A DNA stretch of 64,000 nt from Callorhinchus milii. Its lineage: Eukaryota. The number at the start of each line of letters is the position of its first letter. Within the stretch, counting starts at the first letter, position 1. The position numbers were made by a program, and so were the translations under genes. The stretch is taken from positions 71,798,001 through 71,862,000 of the forward strand of contig NW_024704742.1 in NCBI RefSeq assembly GCF_018977255.1. The letters are read 5' to 3'. Below the pieces are notes generated by a model that saw nothing but the letters and a program-made list of their open reading frames with translations, was not told where the DNA came from and did not search any database. Below are positions 36,920 through 50,229 of this stretch, piece by piece.

Positions 36920-38155
36920 CAATACAAAATTACATCTGTACAGCACCTTTCACATCGAGAGGACGTCCCAAGGCGCTGAAGAGTGCGAGATTTGGATCCG
37001 AGCGGAGGGATGTTGGGATCAGGGAGGGTGGAAGGTAGGAGGGTGGCGAAAGGCACAGTCGAAAAGGAGGGTCTTGAGATGTACCTTGACGGAGGCAAGG
37101 GAAGCGAGACAAAGGGACTGGGTTAGAGGTCCAAAGGGTGGAGGCAGAGAGGCTGAAGGCCCACCCGCCAATGATGGGCTGGGTTGGGCAAGGGACGTGG
37201 AGCAGGCCGGAGCCTGCTGAGTGGAGAGAGCGGACAGGTTCATATGGGGTTAGCAGGTTACAGGGGTTGGAAGGAACAAGGCCATGGAAGGCTTTGAAGA
37301 TGAGCACCTCGTCATTCAACAAGTCTGCTATTTCCTTATTGTCCATTATAGTCTCACCTACAGACATTCTGTCTTTAACAGGCCCACATTCCCCTTTACC
37401 ACTCTTTCTCTTAATATATTTATAAAACCTTTTATTGTTGCCTTTGATATCCCTTGCAAGTATTTTCTCGTATTCTATTTTGGAGCTGGGCGAGGGTGGG
37501 GGTGATACATGGAGCCTGGTGAGGAGAGGACACAAGCTGCAGACTTCTGGATAATCTGCATCTTGGGGAAGGAAAGAGTTGCGAAGGCCGAATGCCGGGA
37601 TTGGCGTAGTTGAGCCTAGATGTGATGAACATGTGAATGAGGGTTTCGGCGGTCTGTGGTGTGAGACAGTTATGGATCCGGGCGATATTGCAGAGGTGAG
37701 GAAAGCAGAGCTGGTCATGGCACGGATGTGGGGTAGAAAGGATGGTTGAGGGTCAAGTAAGATGCCAAGGTTCTGGACTGGCTTAGTAAGGTGGAGTGTG
37801 CATCCACGGATGGTGATGCTGTCAGTGCCTGAGTCGTGGAGGTGCTGACGGGAGACAATCGGGAGGGCCTCAGTCTTTTTGACGTTCAACTGAAGAAAGT
37901 TAGCTCTCATCCAGGACTTGATGTCTGACAGACATTCTGTCAGGACAGCAGTGGTCCTGGAGTCAAGGGTGGGGAGGCAGAGAGATAGAGTTGGGTGTTA
38001 TCGACAAACATGTGGAAGTTGACCCTATGTCTGTGGATGATGTCACCAAGAGGAAGCATGTAGATATTGAAGAGGAGGGGACCAAGGACAGAGAGCCCTG
38101 AGGAACGCCACATAAAACGGTGTGGGGGCTAGAGGAGAAACCGTTTGTGGAGCAT
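36920..38155 (-). mobile_element. L2 LINE 3' 1.2 kb with an embedded CR1 ORF2 fragment (37309-37480)
   Basis: CGVPQG…; WMRANFLQLN; QNLGILLDPQ; insert KIEYEKILARDIKGNNKRFYKYIKRK…GETIMDNKEIADLLN. Confidence 0.88.
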
Positions 38156-38849
38156 GTGTCATACAGCCGGCTGACCCCAAAAAATACAAAATTTCCCCCA
38201 GTCTCAGCCTTATTGTTTGAAAGCCTATTTTCTCGAAATTTGTAAAGAACCCATCTTAAATTCGTCTGAATTAAAGAACTTTCCCAAATTCTGCATGTCT
38301 TCAACGTTTAAAATCTTGTGGTTGTTAAATTAAAATGATTGCATGTCTGCGACTAGATTGAATTTCAGCACTGGCAGATTCATAGGAAAGGTCATGGCTC
38401 CCAAAAGGCGGCTGGGGAGGTTGCTGACTGCAATGTCACCTGTGTACACTAGGTGGCAGTCATGGCATTGACAATGAATGAGCTTAGCTATTGGTCTGAT
38501 AACCTGACTCTGGCCACAGTCTGGGTACCACATGTCCCAGGGAATGAGCACAGCACAGAGAGGATAGCTACCTCGCTATCACTGTGCCGCCCATTCTCCC
38601 GCAGGGGGACTCAGTCCGGCTAAGTCGTTCACGCTCTCACCTCTGGGTCAGAAGGTTGTAGGTTTGAGCCTCAGAGGCTCGGGGCCTCTGAGCTCACAGT
38701 CCAGGCTGTATTGTGGGGGGGAGGGGAGTGGGGATGGGGAGCACTGCATTGTCAGAGGTGCTGTCCTTCAGATGAGATGTTACACCGAGATCCCATCTGT
38801 GCTGTTCAAGTGGATGTCATTCTCCTTGTGGGGGAGGTCCGTGATGACA

Positions 38850-40620
38850 ACAACAACAACAAAATTGCATTTATAGAGTGCCTTTCAAGTTGGGAGGACG
38901 TCCCAAAGCGCTGAACAGTCAGGTGTCGGGATCCGAGCATGGGGGAGGAGTGGTGTAGGGGAGACGGAAGGCAGCGAGGTGGGAGGGCGACCAAAGGCAC
39001 AAAGAGAAGGATCTTGAGACCGGCCTTGAAGGAGGCAAGGGAGGAAGCGAGGCCAAGGGACTGTGCGATGGAGTTTCAGAGTGTGGGGGCAGAGAGGCTG
39101 AAAGCCCGGCCAACGATGGCAGGGGAGGGTCATCCGGGAGACATGGAGCAGGCTGGAGCCCGCCGAACGGAGGGAGTGGGCAGGTTGGTAGGGAGTCAGC
39201 AGGTCAGAGAGGTAGGAGGGGGCAAGGCCATGGATGGCCTTGAAAGTGATTACAAGGATCTTGAACTGAGGAACGGGGAGCCAGTGGAGTCAGGCGAAGG
39301 TGGGAGTGATGGGGTCATGGAACCAGGTGCGGGAGAGGACACGGACTGCAGAGTTCTGGATGATCTGCAGCCTATGGAGGGAGGAGTTGGGGAGGCCGAC
39401 AAGCAAGGAGTTCGCATAGTCAAGCTTCGATGTAATGAATGCGTGTATGAGGGTTTCAGCGACCTGCAGTTTGAATAAGTGGTGCAGCCGGGCGATGTTG
39501 GGGAGGTGGGGGAAGGCAGAGAAGGTCACGGCACGGATGTGGGATAGAAAGAACAGTTGAGGGTCAAACAAGAAGCCAAGATTTTGCACTGGCTTAGTAA
39601 GGTGGAGTGTGCATCCATGGATGGTGTTGCTGTCAGCGCCTGAGGTGTGGGGTTTGGGCTTTGTCTTTGGTCTTGTTGAAGTTCAACAGAGGAAAGTTAG
39701 CTCTCGTCCAGGATTTGATGTCCAACAGACATTCTGTCAGAACAGCAGTGGTTCTGGAATCAAGGGAGGAGGCAGAGAGGTATAGTTGGGTGTCATCCGC
39801 TTACATGAATAGGAGACAGTTCAGGAGGAGGGGGGAGCAAGGGAATCAAGAGTGGAGAAGATGGAGCTGTGGAGAAGAGCGCTTGAGGAGGATAGGTAAT
39901 TGCAGGAGGAAGCCCAGAGGGGAAGGCGTTCAGATAACTCCAAGGCAGTCGAGAGGGAGGGGGTGGGGGGAGATGGAGGTGGATTGGGTAGCGGTGGGTA
40001 GAGGGTTTGAGAAGTTAAGGGAGATGAAGTAATGGTCTGAGATTGCTTTGTCGATGAGATGAGGTCCGAGATCATGAGGCCCCAATTGATCACCAGGTCT
40101 AGGGAGTCACCGAGGACGTGGGTGGCAGAGTGGATGTGGAGGGAGAGGTTGAGGGAGGAGGTAAGGGAGGAGAAGTCAGCAGAGGTAAAGCAGGAGGGGT
40201 GAAGTGAAAGTTGAAGTCTCCTAGGATGAGGAGGCATTGGAGCAGAGGGAGAGGGAAGATAGGAGGGTGGAGATGTCAGGGATGAAGGGAAAGTTTGGAG
40301 GGGTGATAAAGGGTAAGGTGCTCAAAGGAGTGGAAGATTCCAGAGGAATAAGAGGCTAGGCCGAGCAGGCACCAGGAGATGAGAGCCACCCCTTCACCAT
40401 GGCAGTTAGATCATTGGGTATGATGAAAGGTTTAGCCGGGTGGTGTGGCCTCTGTCAGGGGGAATGTGTCGCCTGGAGTGATCCAGGTTTCAGTGAGAAT
40501 GTCGATGTTTTCGTTGACAATGAGGTCTTGGATGGTAAGTGTTTTATTGGAGAGGGAGCAGAAATTTTGAAATTCGATGCGGAGGGGACAGTTGGTGGTG
40601 GAAAATGGGGGGGGCGAGCG
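38850..40620 (-). mobile_element. Internally deleted L2 (endonuclease remnant joined to post-RT 3' end)
   Basis: ENIDILTETW-like and DLVI/SDH remnants at 40000-40600, joined at about 39810 to ADDTQLY…NLGFLFDPQL…3' tail. Confidence 0.8.
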
Positions 40621-41689
40621 GATCGAGGGGGGCGATGACTGACGGAGGGTGGGGATGTGGATGAGGGAGGAGAGATTGATCTCCGTGGTCAGGGCCTGTG
40701 GGATGGTGTTCCATAGGATGGGAGTAGAATGGCTGAAGGCTGGAGCCTGCTGAGCAAAGGGAGCAGATAGGTTGGTATGGAGAGAGGTATGGAATATAAG
40801 TATAGGAGAGTGGATTAGCGGAAGGGTATAAAGGAGGGGACAAAGAGGGATGGGGGCTTGTGTGGGGTATAAACACCGACATGCATTAGTTGGGTGGATG
40901 GGCTAGATTCTGTCACTCTGTGTGACTCTGTAACCTAAGGACATGAAAAGCCTCAAAGCTCTTCCTGCAATGTTACGCTAAAGAAGACTGAGTTCGGGCC
41001 TGCAGTGCTGTGTGTCTGCCAGCCTGCCCCACATGGTCCCACACACAGCGCCTGGGCTGATGGACTAATGATCTACTTTTTCCCCAAACTGTTAACGTGC
41101 ATGTAACTCATTAAGAATGTCGGTATTTGATCAGCACTTGTAACTTTAAAACTTTTTGTTTGGTCAGCCGTGTGGCTGACACCCCTCCCCCACTTCACTT
41201 CTCCCCAAATAGAGCGCTCACCTGGTGAGGGTTCAAATCTACGTTTGTCAAATGGCCAACTTCTGTCCAGCTCATATTCAAGTCCACCCTTTGCGACAGT
41301 CTCTCAAACAGTTCCTGCGCCAGGCGGGTCTACAGTATTCCAGGGCAGTGCTGATGACTGCACAGCCAGTCCTGGCTTGTCGGCAGGACTTGGTGTGGTA
41401 GTCAAGCTGGATGGTCTGTCACCAGCAGTTCCCTGGAGTACTGAGGACCCGCCTGGCTCAGGAACCGTACTAGAGACTGTAACAGAGGATGGGCTCAGTA
41501 CCTACACTCCGTTGCCAATCATGTCACTTGGAGCCCATTCAGCTCCATGTAATTTTTAATAATAATAATCCTTCCATGTGATGCAGTACATTTCATGTTG
41601 CAAGGACATCTCACAGTGTTTTGAAGGGTATACTGTGTTGTGTAGTGACTATGTCACAGTCAACCAGTTGTTCTCCTCAGGCTCTGTTC

Positions 41690-42520
41690 CTCTTCCACCA
41701 AAAAAGTTGTCATCACTTTCCTCTTCAAAAACCCACCCTTAACACCTTACAAATTACCATCCCATTTCTAACCTGTCCTTCCTTGCCAAAGCTTCTAACC
41801 AGCTTTGCTCACAACTCTCCCACACTCTCAGCTTGAGCCCCTGCAGTCTGGTTTCTGCCCTTCCCATAGCACAGAGACAGCACTTGTCAAGGTCACAAAT
41901 GACGTCTTCACTCAGTGACCAGAGCTCCCTCTGCCTCCTCATAATCCTAGACCTCTCCGTCGCTTTAGACACAATCGACCACACCATCCTTATCCAACAA
42001 CAATAATTTGCATTTATATAGCGCCCCTCAGGCAGGGTAGCATCCCAGAGAGTGCTTGACATTGGCGGAGCACGACAGTGTCAGATGTTGGCACAAACTT
42101 CTTCCAACTAAATGCCAACAAGAAATGCCTTACTCCTTGGTTCCCGTCAACGTCTTCTGTCCTGTGGCTCTGACCTCCTCAATCCTCCCGGCCTATCCCT
42201 CAGACTCGCCGAACCGGTGCACAACCTAGGCATCAGCTTCAGCCCACAGCTGGCTCCAGCCTCCTGCATGTCCTTCGTGCCCTCCGTTCCACCATTGGTG
42301 GCTATGCTTTCAACCACTATGTTCCGAAACTCTGGAACACTCTTCCTCTATCCCTTCGCCTTGCCCTTTCCTTCTCCATCTCTAATCATGGCTGAAGACC
42401 TTCCTCTTTGACCATACCTACAGTCACCTCCCCTACCCCCGGCTCGGCGTCCTGCTCCACTACTGTCAAGCGCTCTGGGACGCTACCCTTCATGAGGCGC
42501 TGTACAACATTTGTTGCTGT
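41690..42520 (+). mobile_element. Heavily degraded L2 fragments
   Basis: PISNLSFLAK, STETALVKVTND and LDLSVALDTIDH remnants, plus a 3' tail. Confidence 0.75.
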
Positions 42521-42689
42521 GTACTTTGTCGGGTAAAGTTGGCTTCATGATGAGTTTTGCAATAGAAAAGGCATTGGATCGACTTCTCCCGGAGTTTTAA
42601 ATCATTGTTTTATCTATTCCCCTCTCCTGTCCCCTCCACCTTGTCCACCGCAGTGGTGGATCACCCACCAGTCTTTTTTTTTTTAAAAA

Positions 42690-42913
42690 AAGGCCTACAA
42701 ATCCCAGAATGCTCGGGCACAGTTTGAACTACGCATGCGCGACTCCCGGCGCGTCCGCGGAGCGTGATGGGAGTGCGCACGCGCCGCCAATCCGGCCCCG
42801 TCCGCTTCTTACGAGGAGAAACTCCAGCTCCCGGCAGGCTGAGCGCGGCCGCTCCGTCCGACTCGACTTGCAGTCGCCGGGGTGACGGCCGTCATTTTGA
42901 CGCGGCGGCAGGA
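42690..42913 (+). promoter_or_regulatory. SFXN5 CpG-island promoter and 5' UTR
   Basis: CpG-dense. ZNF143/SBS-like CTACAAATCCCAGAATGC (42695-42712); NRF1-like ACGCATGCGC (42731-42740) and TGCGCACGCGC (about 42774); CCAAT at 42787; YY1-like GCCGTCATTTTG near 42890. Confidence 0.8.
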
Positions 42914-42964
42914 ATGGACGGTTCGTGTCCGCGGTTCCAGCTCGGCCAACCGCGCTTCCAGCAG
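42914..42964 (+). CDS. SFXN5: Sideroflexin-5 coding exon 1
   Basis: MDGSCPRFQLGQPRFQQ|gtaatg, cf. SFXN5 PPFQLGKPRFQQ; phase 0. Confidence 0.9.
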
Positions 42965-43216
42965 GTAATGTTGTGCGGGTGTCCGGCACAGGTGAAAGCT
43001 CATCAACCACGTTCGAGAGTCTCCCGACCAAAGCTGAGAGTGCTTTACGCGTTCACCATCACACAGCGAAATCCCAGAGGGTTGGAATGGAATGGAATGG
43101 AGTGGAATGTGCGCTCTCTCCCTGGAGGGACACATCCTGTTCACCCAATTCCAGGGAGCATTGGGGCGCAGGTTGGCGAGAGCCAAGGCCTGGGGACCCC
43201 GGAGTGTGCGTTGGGA

Positions 43217-46200
43217 AAACAACAACTTGGATTTACGTAGCGCCCTCCAACCCGGACGGCGTCTCGGAGCGCTTCGCAGTAACCGAGCCGGGGGCGGGGA
43301 GGGAGGGAGGGGCGGGGGGAAGGTGACCAAGGGCGCGGTCGAAAAGAAAGGTCTTCGGCAGAGACCTGAAAGTGGGAAGAGAAGGGGGCGAGGCGAAGGG
43401 AGTGAGGAAGGGAGTTCCAGAGTCTCGAGGAGTAGTGGCTGAAGGCACGGCCGCCGAGGGTGGAGCGGAGGATTCGGGGGACGAGGCGGAGGCCAGACCC
43501 GGAGGAACGAAGGCAACGGGCACTGTTGTGAGGAGAGAGGAGGTCAGAGAGGTAGGGGGGTGCAGAGGAGTGGAGGGATTTGAAGACAAATGAGGATCTT
43601 GAAGTCGGTCCTCTCTGGGACAGGCAGCCATTGCAGTCCTGGCAAGGACTGGAGTAATCGGGGAGCGGAGTTTGGTGCGGGTGAGAATGCGGGCGACAGA
43701 TTTCTGGATGACCTGGATTTTATGGATGGTAGTGGAGGGCAGACCGGCGAGGAGGGCATTTGAATAGTCCAGCCAAGAGGTGACACAGGCATGGATCAGG
43801 GTTTCGGTGGCTTTTGGGGTGAGATATTGGTGGAGACGGGCGATGCGTCGGTGGTGGAAGAAAGCGGTGCTGGTGAGGGACCGGATGTGGGGAGGAAGGA
43901 TAATTGGGGGTCGAACCTGACGACTAGATTGTGTATGGGTTTGGAGAGTTTTAGGGGGAGGTCGGGTAGGTGGAGGAGGTGAGAACCGTGAGATTTTAGA
44001 CGTTGACGAGAGCCAAAGAGTATGGCTTTCGTCTTATCAACTGTCAGCTGAAGGAAATTTGCACTCATCCAGCCCCTGAGGTCTGACAGGCAGGCTGACA
44101 GAACATCAGGGGACTGGGGGTCGCAAAGAGAGGTGGAAAAATAGAGTCTGCATACATGTGGAAGTGTACCCCATGTCTGCGGATGACATCCCCAAGAGGG
44201 AGCATATAGATCAGAAAGAGGAGGGGGCCAAGGATGGATCCTTGGGGTACACCGCAGGTAACTGGGTGAGAGCGGGAGGAAAAGTTATTTGTGCAGATGT
44301 ACTGCTGGCGGTTCATGAGGTAGGACTCGAACCAGGCGAGTGCGGTCCCACTGAGGTGGATGACGGAGGAAAGGCGGTGGAGGAGGATGGCGTGATCGAC
44401 TTTGTCCAGGAGGACAAGGAGGCAGAGGGAGCCCTGGTCACAGATAGAGAGGATGTCGTTTGTGACTTTCACAAGTGCAGTCTCTGTACTGTGGGCGGAA
44501 ACCGGACTGGAGGGGTTTGAAGAGGGAGTGGGAGGAGAGGTGAGCGTGAAGTTGATTGGCAACAAGACGTTCTAGAACTTTTGCGAGGAAGGGCAGGTTA
44601 GAGATAGGGCAGTAATGGCTGGGATTTGAGGAAAGGTTTCTTGAGGAGGGGGGTGATGACAGCAGTTTTGAGGGGGGCAGGGACTGATCCAGAGGAGAGG
44701 GACTGGTTGATGACATCAGCCAGTAGTGGGCAGAGGAGGGGGAGCTGGGTGACCAGCAAGTTGGTGGTGAGGGAGTCGAGGCAGCTGGTGGAGGGTTTCA
44801 TTGAAGTGATGGTGGGTGAGAGGGAGGAAGGAGATAGGGAGGAAGAAGAGATGGGGAGGAAGAAATGTAGGATGGGGCTGATGATGGAGAGGGTGAGGGG
44901 GTCGGAGAGAGGGTGGTGGTGGGTGACAAGAGGCAGGTGGATGTGGCTGCCTGTCTGATATTGTTTATTTTGGTTGAAACAAAGTCCATGACCTCTTCGC
45001 ACTTGGCATTAGAAGTGAAGATTGAGGAGGCCTGAGGAGGCGCACGGAGGAGGTAGTGGGTGGTGGAAAAAAGGACTTTGGGATTGTTTTTTGCCTCCAA
45101 GATGATGTTGGAGTAGAAGGATGTTTTCGCACTCATCAAGGAACGGCGGTAGCTGTGGAGATACTCAAGCCACAGTTGTTGGTGAACTGTCAGGTCAGAT
45201 TTCTGCCATCTGCGCTCGAGCAGCCAGGTTTGGGTTTTTAGGGAGCGGAGATGACTGTTATACCAGGGTATTGGGTGGGTTTGGAAATGGCCCTGGATTC
45301 AAGGGGATGAGAGAATTGACGGTGGAGGAGAGGCGATCATGGAGCAGCTTCAGAATCTCTGTGGTTGGAAGGCCAGAGGGATAGGATATTGAAAGATGTG
45401 AGGGCCTTTGTGAGGATCTCAGGGGGTAACCTTTACCACGGGCGGTAGAGTATGGTTGAGGGCTTGGTGGAAGAGAGAGAGATGTGAGAGGAGAAGGAGA
45501 TGAGGAAGTGGTCCGAGATGGCCTTGTTCACTATGCTCAGGTCGAAAATGTCAAGGCCGTGGGTGATGACAAGATAGAGAGCATGGCCATGGTTGTGGAT
45601 CGGTGAATTAATGTGAAGGTTTAGGGAGGAGAGGAGGACAGTGAAGTCAGAAGATGTGGTGCAAGGGGAGTTTAGGTGGAGGTTGAAATCGCCCACTATG
45701 AGCAGGCATTCGGAGCAGAGGGACAAGGAAGAGAGGAGAGTAGAGATGTCAGAGAGGAAGGAGCCGGGGGGCTTAGGGGGGTGGTAGACCAGAAGGATTT
45801 TCAGTGGGAGAGAGGGATGGAAGAAGGTGAGGTGCTCAAAAGAGGGGAAGCAGCCAGAGGAGTAGGGGGAAAGACCAAAGGAAGCTTTGGAGATGAGGGC
45901 CACCCCACTGCCACGTTGGTTTGGTCCGGGGGTGTGGTAGAAGGTGTAGCCTGGAGGGGAGGCTTCAACTAGGGGGACGGGGTCATTGGAGGAGAGCCAG
46001 GTTTCTGTGAGCCCAAGAATGTTGAGGTGCTCATCCAGGATGAGGTCATGGATGGTGAGGGCTTTATTTGTGAGGGAACGGACATTTTGTAGGGAAATGC
46101 GGGTGGATTTGCTGGAGGGAGGGGAGGGAGGAGAGAGTGATATGGAGAGGATTTTTGGGCGTACAGAAGAGATGGCTGTGGACTGCGGGGGGAGTGGAGA

Positions 46201-46600
46201 ATTGGGGAGGGTACGTATGAGGGAGGGGAAAGTTGTATTTGCCTTAAGAAAGTGGTTTGTGTGGAGAGAGTGAATGATGGGACACGTGGGGTTGCTGCTC
46301 TGGGACAGCCAGTGCCGGGAGCCACGATGGGTCTGGCGGAGGACGCCCAGGAGGGAAGTGGTGGTGAGGTCCAGGAGAGCGAGAAGGCAGGCGGCGGGGC
46401 GCGGTGGAAGAGAAGGACAGAGTTCGAGTACCGGATAGAGGGAGGTGGGAGGAGAGACATTTAGAGTGGAGGGGGAGGCTCGGGTCGGGGCGGCAGCCAA
46501 AACGCGCACGCAGAGTCCGGAAACGAGCGATCAGTAGAACGGCATCATCCCGCAGGCTGTGTGGTCATGGCTGGGATGGCAGTGACAGGGGCGACCAGGA
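43217..46600 (-). mobile_element. Near-full-length L2 LINE ORF2 (APE endonuclease plus RT), frameshifted, antisense in SFXN5 intron 1
   Basis: LQNVRSLTNK…LGLTETWL…IVGDFNLH…SDHFLI (APE); PISNLPFLAKVLERLV; HSTETALVKVTND; GVPQGSILGPLLF…HMYAD; 3' tail with (GTT)n at about 43220. Confidence 0.95.
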
Positions 46601-47951
46601 CATTTGTTAATTTGATGTCACGCCAACGTCACTTCTTTGTAAATCTGCGACCCCCCCCTCCTCACTGGGCTTTAATACCCACTGCTGGGCCTCCGCTCCG
46701 TACCGCGCTCTCCTGATTCCGCTCCCGAATCTGCTGGAGTCTAACCAGCTAAAATAGCATAGCTTGCTATTGAGAGCACTGCCTGGCCAGCTTTCCCACT
46801 GCTTGTCCAGCTTTTCTGACATTCCCTTGCTAACCATGTCACCTTGGAGCCAGTTCAGCTCTGAGAAGACTCTGCTTATCTCTTCCCTCCCCCACCCCCC
46901 CCACCCCAAAAGACAGTCTTGAAGGAGTATGGAGAAAAGTTGGATTTGTTTTGATAGAAAGATAAGATGTAACAGATTACAGTACAATACAAATAAACAT
47001 GTACATAGCGCCTTTCACATTGGCAGAACAGGCTCGTTGGGCTGAGTGACCTGTTCCCAAAGAGAGGAAATTGAATGCAAAATGTGTTTGTTGGTTCCAT
47101 TCCAGTTGGAAATAGTTATCCATTTTCTTTTTCATTAATGTTTCATTGTCTCCTCTGTATTACCAAGTCATCCTTCCTTCGGGTCGGGGCGTCCTTCCAG
47201 TTCATAATGTGAGCACATAATCGTTAGGTATCAATCTGGCTCAACCGTTGCCCTGGTCAGAAGGTTGTTTATTCAGATCACACGTTGGGACTTTGAACTC
47301 ATGCAGTCTATGCTGACACTTCACTGGGGGAGCCTCCGCTGCATCACTCCAGGAGACACCTTCCTCCTGACAGAGGCCACACCACCCGGCTACACCTTCC
47401 ATCACACCCCACGACCTAACCGCCATGGTGACGGAGTGGCTCTCATCTCCCGGTCTCTGCTTGGCCTATCCCACCACTCCTCTGGAACCTTTGAACACTT
47501 TATCCTTTATCACCCCTCCAACCCTTCCCTCAAAATTCTCCTTATCTATCATCCCCCCCATCCCCCCATCCCTGCCCTACCTTCATCCCTGACATCTCCA
47601 TCCTCCTATCTTCCCTCTCGCTCTGCTCCGAACTCCTCATTCTAGGCGACTTCAACCTTCACTTGATACCCTTCTGCTCACGTCTGCGGATTTCTCCTCC
47701 CTTATCTCCTCCCTCAACCTCTCCTTCCACATCCACTCCACCACATCCACTCCACCACCCATGTCTGTGGTCACCCCCTCGACTCAGGGCCTCTCCGACT
47801 CGCACCTCACCATCATCAACAAAGTGATCTCAGATCATCACTTCATCTCCCTTAACTTCTCAATCACTCTCCCCACTGCCACCCAACCCATTTCCATCTC
47901 CTACTGCTCCTGGTAAAAAATCAACCCCTCCATCTCGGCTGCCTTGGAGTC

Positions 47952-47983
<32 letters not shown>

Positions 47984-48207
47984 CCTTGCATTTGATATAG
48001 CGCTTCACAGAACACACTGTAAAGTGAATTGACTGTATGTTTGTGGGCGAACGCGGCAGCCAATTGCGCACAGCAATGTCCCACAAACAGTCGTGGATTG
48101 AAAATGACCAATTTATTATTGTTTTTGGTTTTGGAGGGATTATTATTAGGCGTGTGGAGTAAGGAAACTTGCCCAAGGTTTCGCCCTGCCTGGAATTGAA
48201 CTCAGGT
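47952..48207 (-). mobile_element. Young DeuSINE, 5'-truncated
   Basis: Near-identical to 4709-5028, with a long (TAA)n. Confidence 0.88.
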
Positions 48208-50229
48208 TCATCTGAACTCCTTCCCCTCTGGGCTTCCTCCCACGATGAACTATCCTCCTCGGTCACTCTTCACAGCTCCCTTTCCTCCAATCTTGATTCT
48301 CTTGCTCCCCTCTCTTCCCGAACCGTCACCCATTCATGAAAGTCACCATGGTACACCAGCCACCTCCGTTCCCTTAAAGCACAGATGCGTGCCGCTGAAC
48401 GCACCTGACTTAAATCAAACATAACAGTCCATCGGCATATCTGGCTGGACCTTAGCAAGTCTTACCACTCCACCGTCGCCTCCGCTAAATCGTCAGTTCT
48501 ACTCCAAGACAATCCTGGAGGCCAAGGACAACTCCAGGCTCTTCTTCTCCATCACTGCCCGGCTCCTCCGCCCACCCTCTCATGCCTCGCCCATCCTCAC
48601 CTCAAATGCCAACTCGGGGCGATGCTGGACTTCCTCAAATCCAAAGTCGAGGAGATCCGCTCTGCTGCCTCTGCCATTCCATCTGCTACACCCTCCCCAT
48701 CTCCCCCTCCCACCAAGGCCCCTACCCATCCCTCCCTCCACACCTTCAAACCTGTCTCCCACTCCTCTCTCACCACCACTATAACACGCATGAAACCGAC
48801 CACCTGCTCCCTCGACCCCATCCCTACCCCTCTCCTGACCTCCCAGCTCCAGCTCCTTGCTCCTCTATTCACAGACATCATAAACCTCTCCCTGTCCACT
48901 GGTACTGTTCCCACCCCATTAAAAACGGCCGTTGTCACTCCTATCCTTAAAAAACCCTCCCTGGACCCTTTTCTACTCCCAAACTACCGCCTCATCTCCA
49001 ACCTCCCTTTCCTCTCCAAAGTCCTGGAACGAGTTATTGTTTCCCAGCTTCGCTCCTTCATCTCCCACTACTCCCTTCACGAACCTCTACAATCGGGATT
49101 CCTCTACAATCGGCCTATAGCACAGAAACAAAGTGACAAGTGACAGTCTGTCCATCAGCGACCAGGGCTCCCTCTGCCTCCTCGTCCTTCTTGACCTCTC
49201 TGCTGCGATCGTGCCTTTAGGCGCCCTCCCACCTCTCTGCCTTCCCTCACCCCTACGCCATCCCTCCCCCATACTCGGGTCCTGACCCCTGACTGTCGAG
49301 TGCCTTGGGACGTCCTCCCAATGTGAAAGGCGCTCTATAAATGTAATTTTGTTGTTGTTCAGATCGTACCTCTCACACCGCCTACGCTTCATCCACAAAC
49401 GGTTTCTCTTCTAGCCTCGCACCGTCTCGTGCAGGGTTCCTCAGGGACCTGTCCTTGGTCCCCTCCTCTTCAATATCTATATGCTCCCTCTTGGTGACAT
49501 CATCCGCAGATATGGGGTCAACTTCCACATATATGCGGATGACACCCAACTCTATCTCTCTGCCTCCACCTTTGACTCCAGGACCACTGCTGTCCTGACA
49601 GAATGTCTGTCGGACATCAAGTCCTGGATGAGAGGTAACTTTCTTCAGTTGAACGTCAACAAGACCGAGGCTCTCCTGTTTGGCTCCTGTCAGCACCTCC
49701 ACACCTCAGGCACTGACAGCATCACTATCCACGGCTGCACACTCCACCTCACTAAGCCAGTCCGGAACCTTGGGGTCTTGTTTGACCCTCAACTATCCTT
49801 TCTCCCCCACATCAGTGCCATGATCCGTTCTGCCTTCCCTCACCTTTGCAACATCACCCGGCTCAGCCACTGTCTCAGACCGCAGGCCGCCGAAACCCTC
49901 ACACACGCCTTCATTACATCGAGGCTTGACTATGCAACTCTTGTTTGTCAGCCTCCCCAGCTCATCCTTCCATAGGCTGCAGCTCATCCCTCCATAGGCT
50001 GCAGATCATCCAGAACTCTGCAGCCCATGTCCTCTCCCGCACCAGGCTCCGTGACCCTATCAATCCCCATCCTCGCCCGACTCCACTGGTTTCCCATCAC
50101 ACAGAAAATACAGTTCAAGATCCTGGTCCTCACCTTCAAAGCCCTACGTGGTCTTGCTTCCCCCTACCTCTGCGACCTCCTAACACCCTATCATCCTGTT
50201 CGTTCCCTGCGATCAGCGGGCTCCGACCT

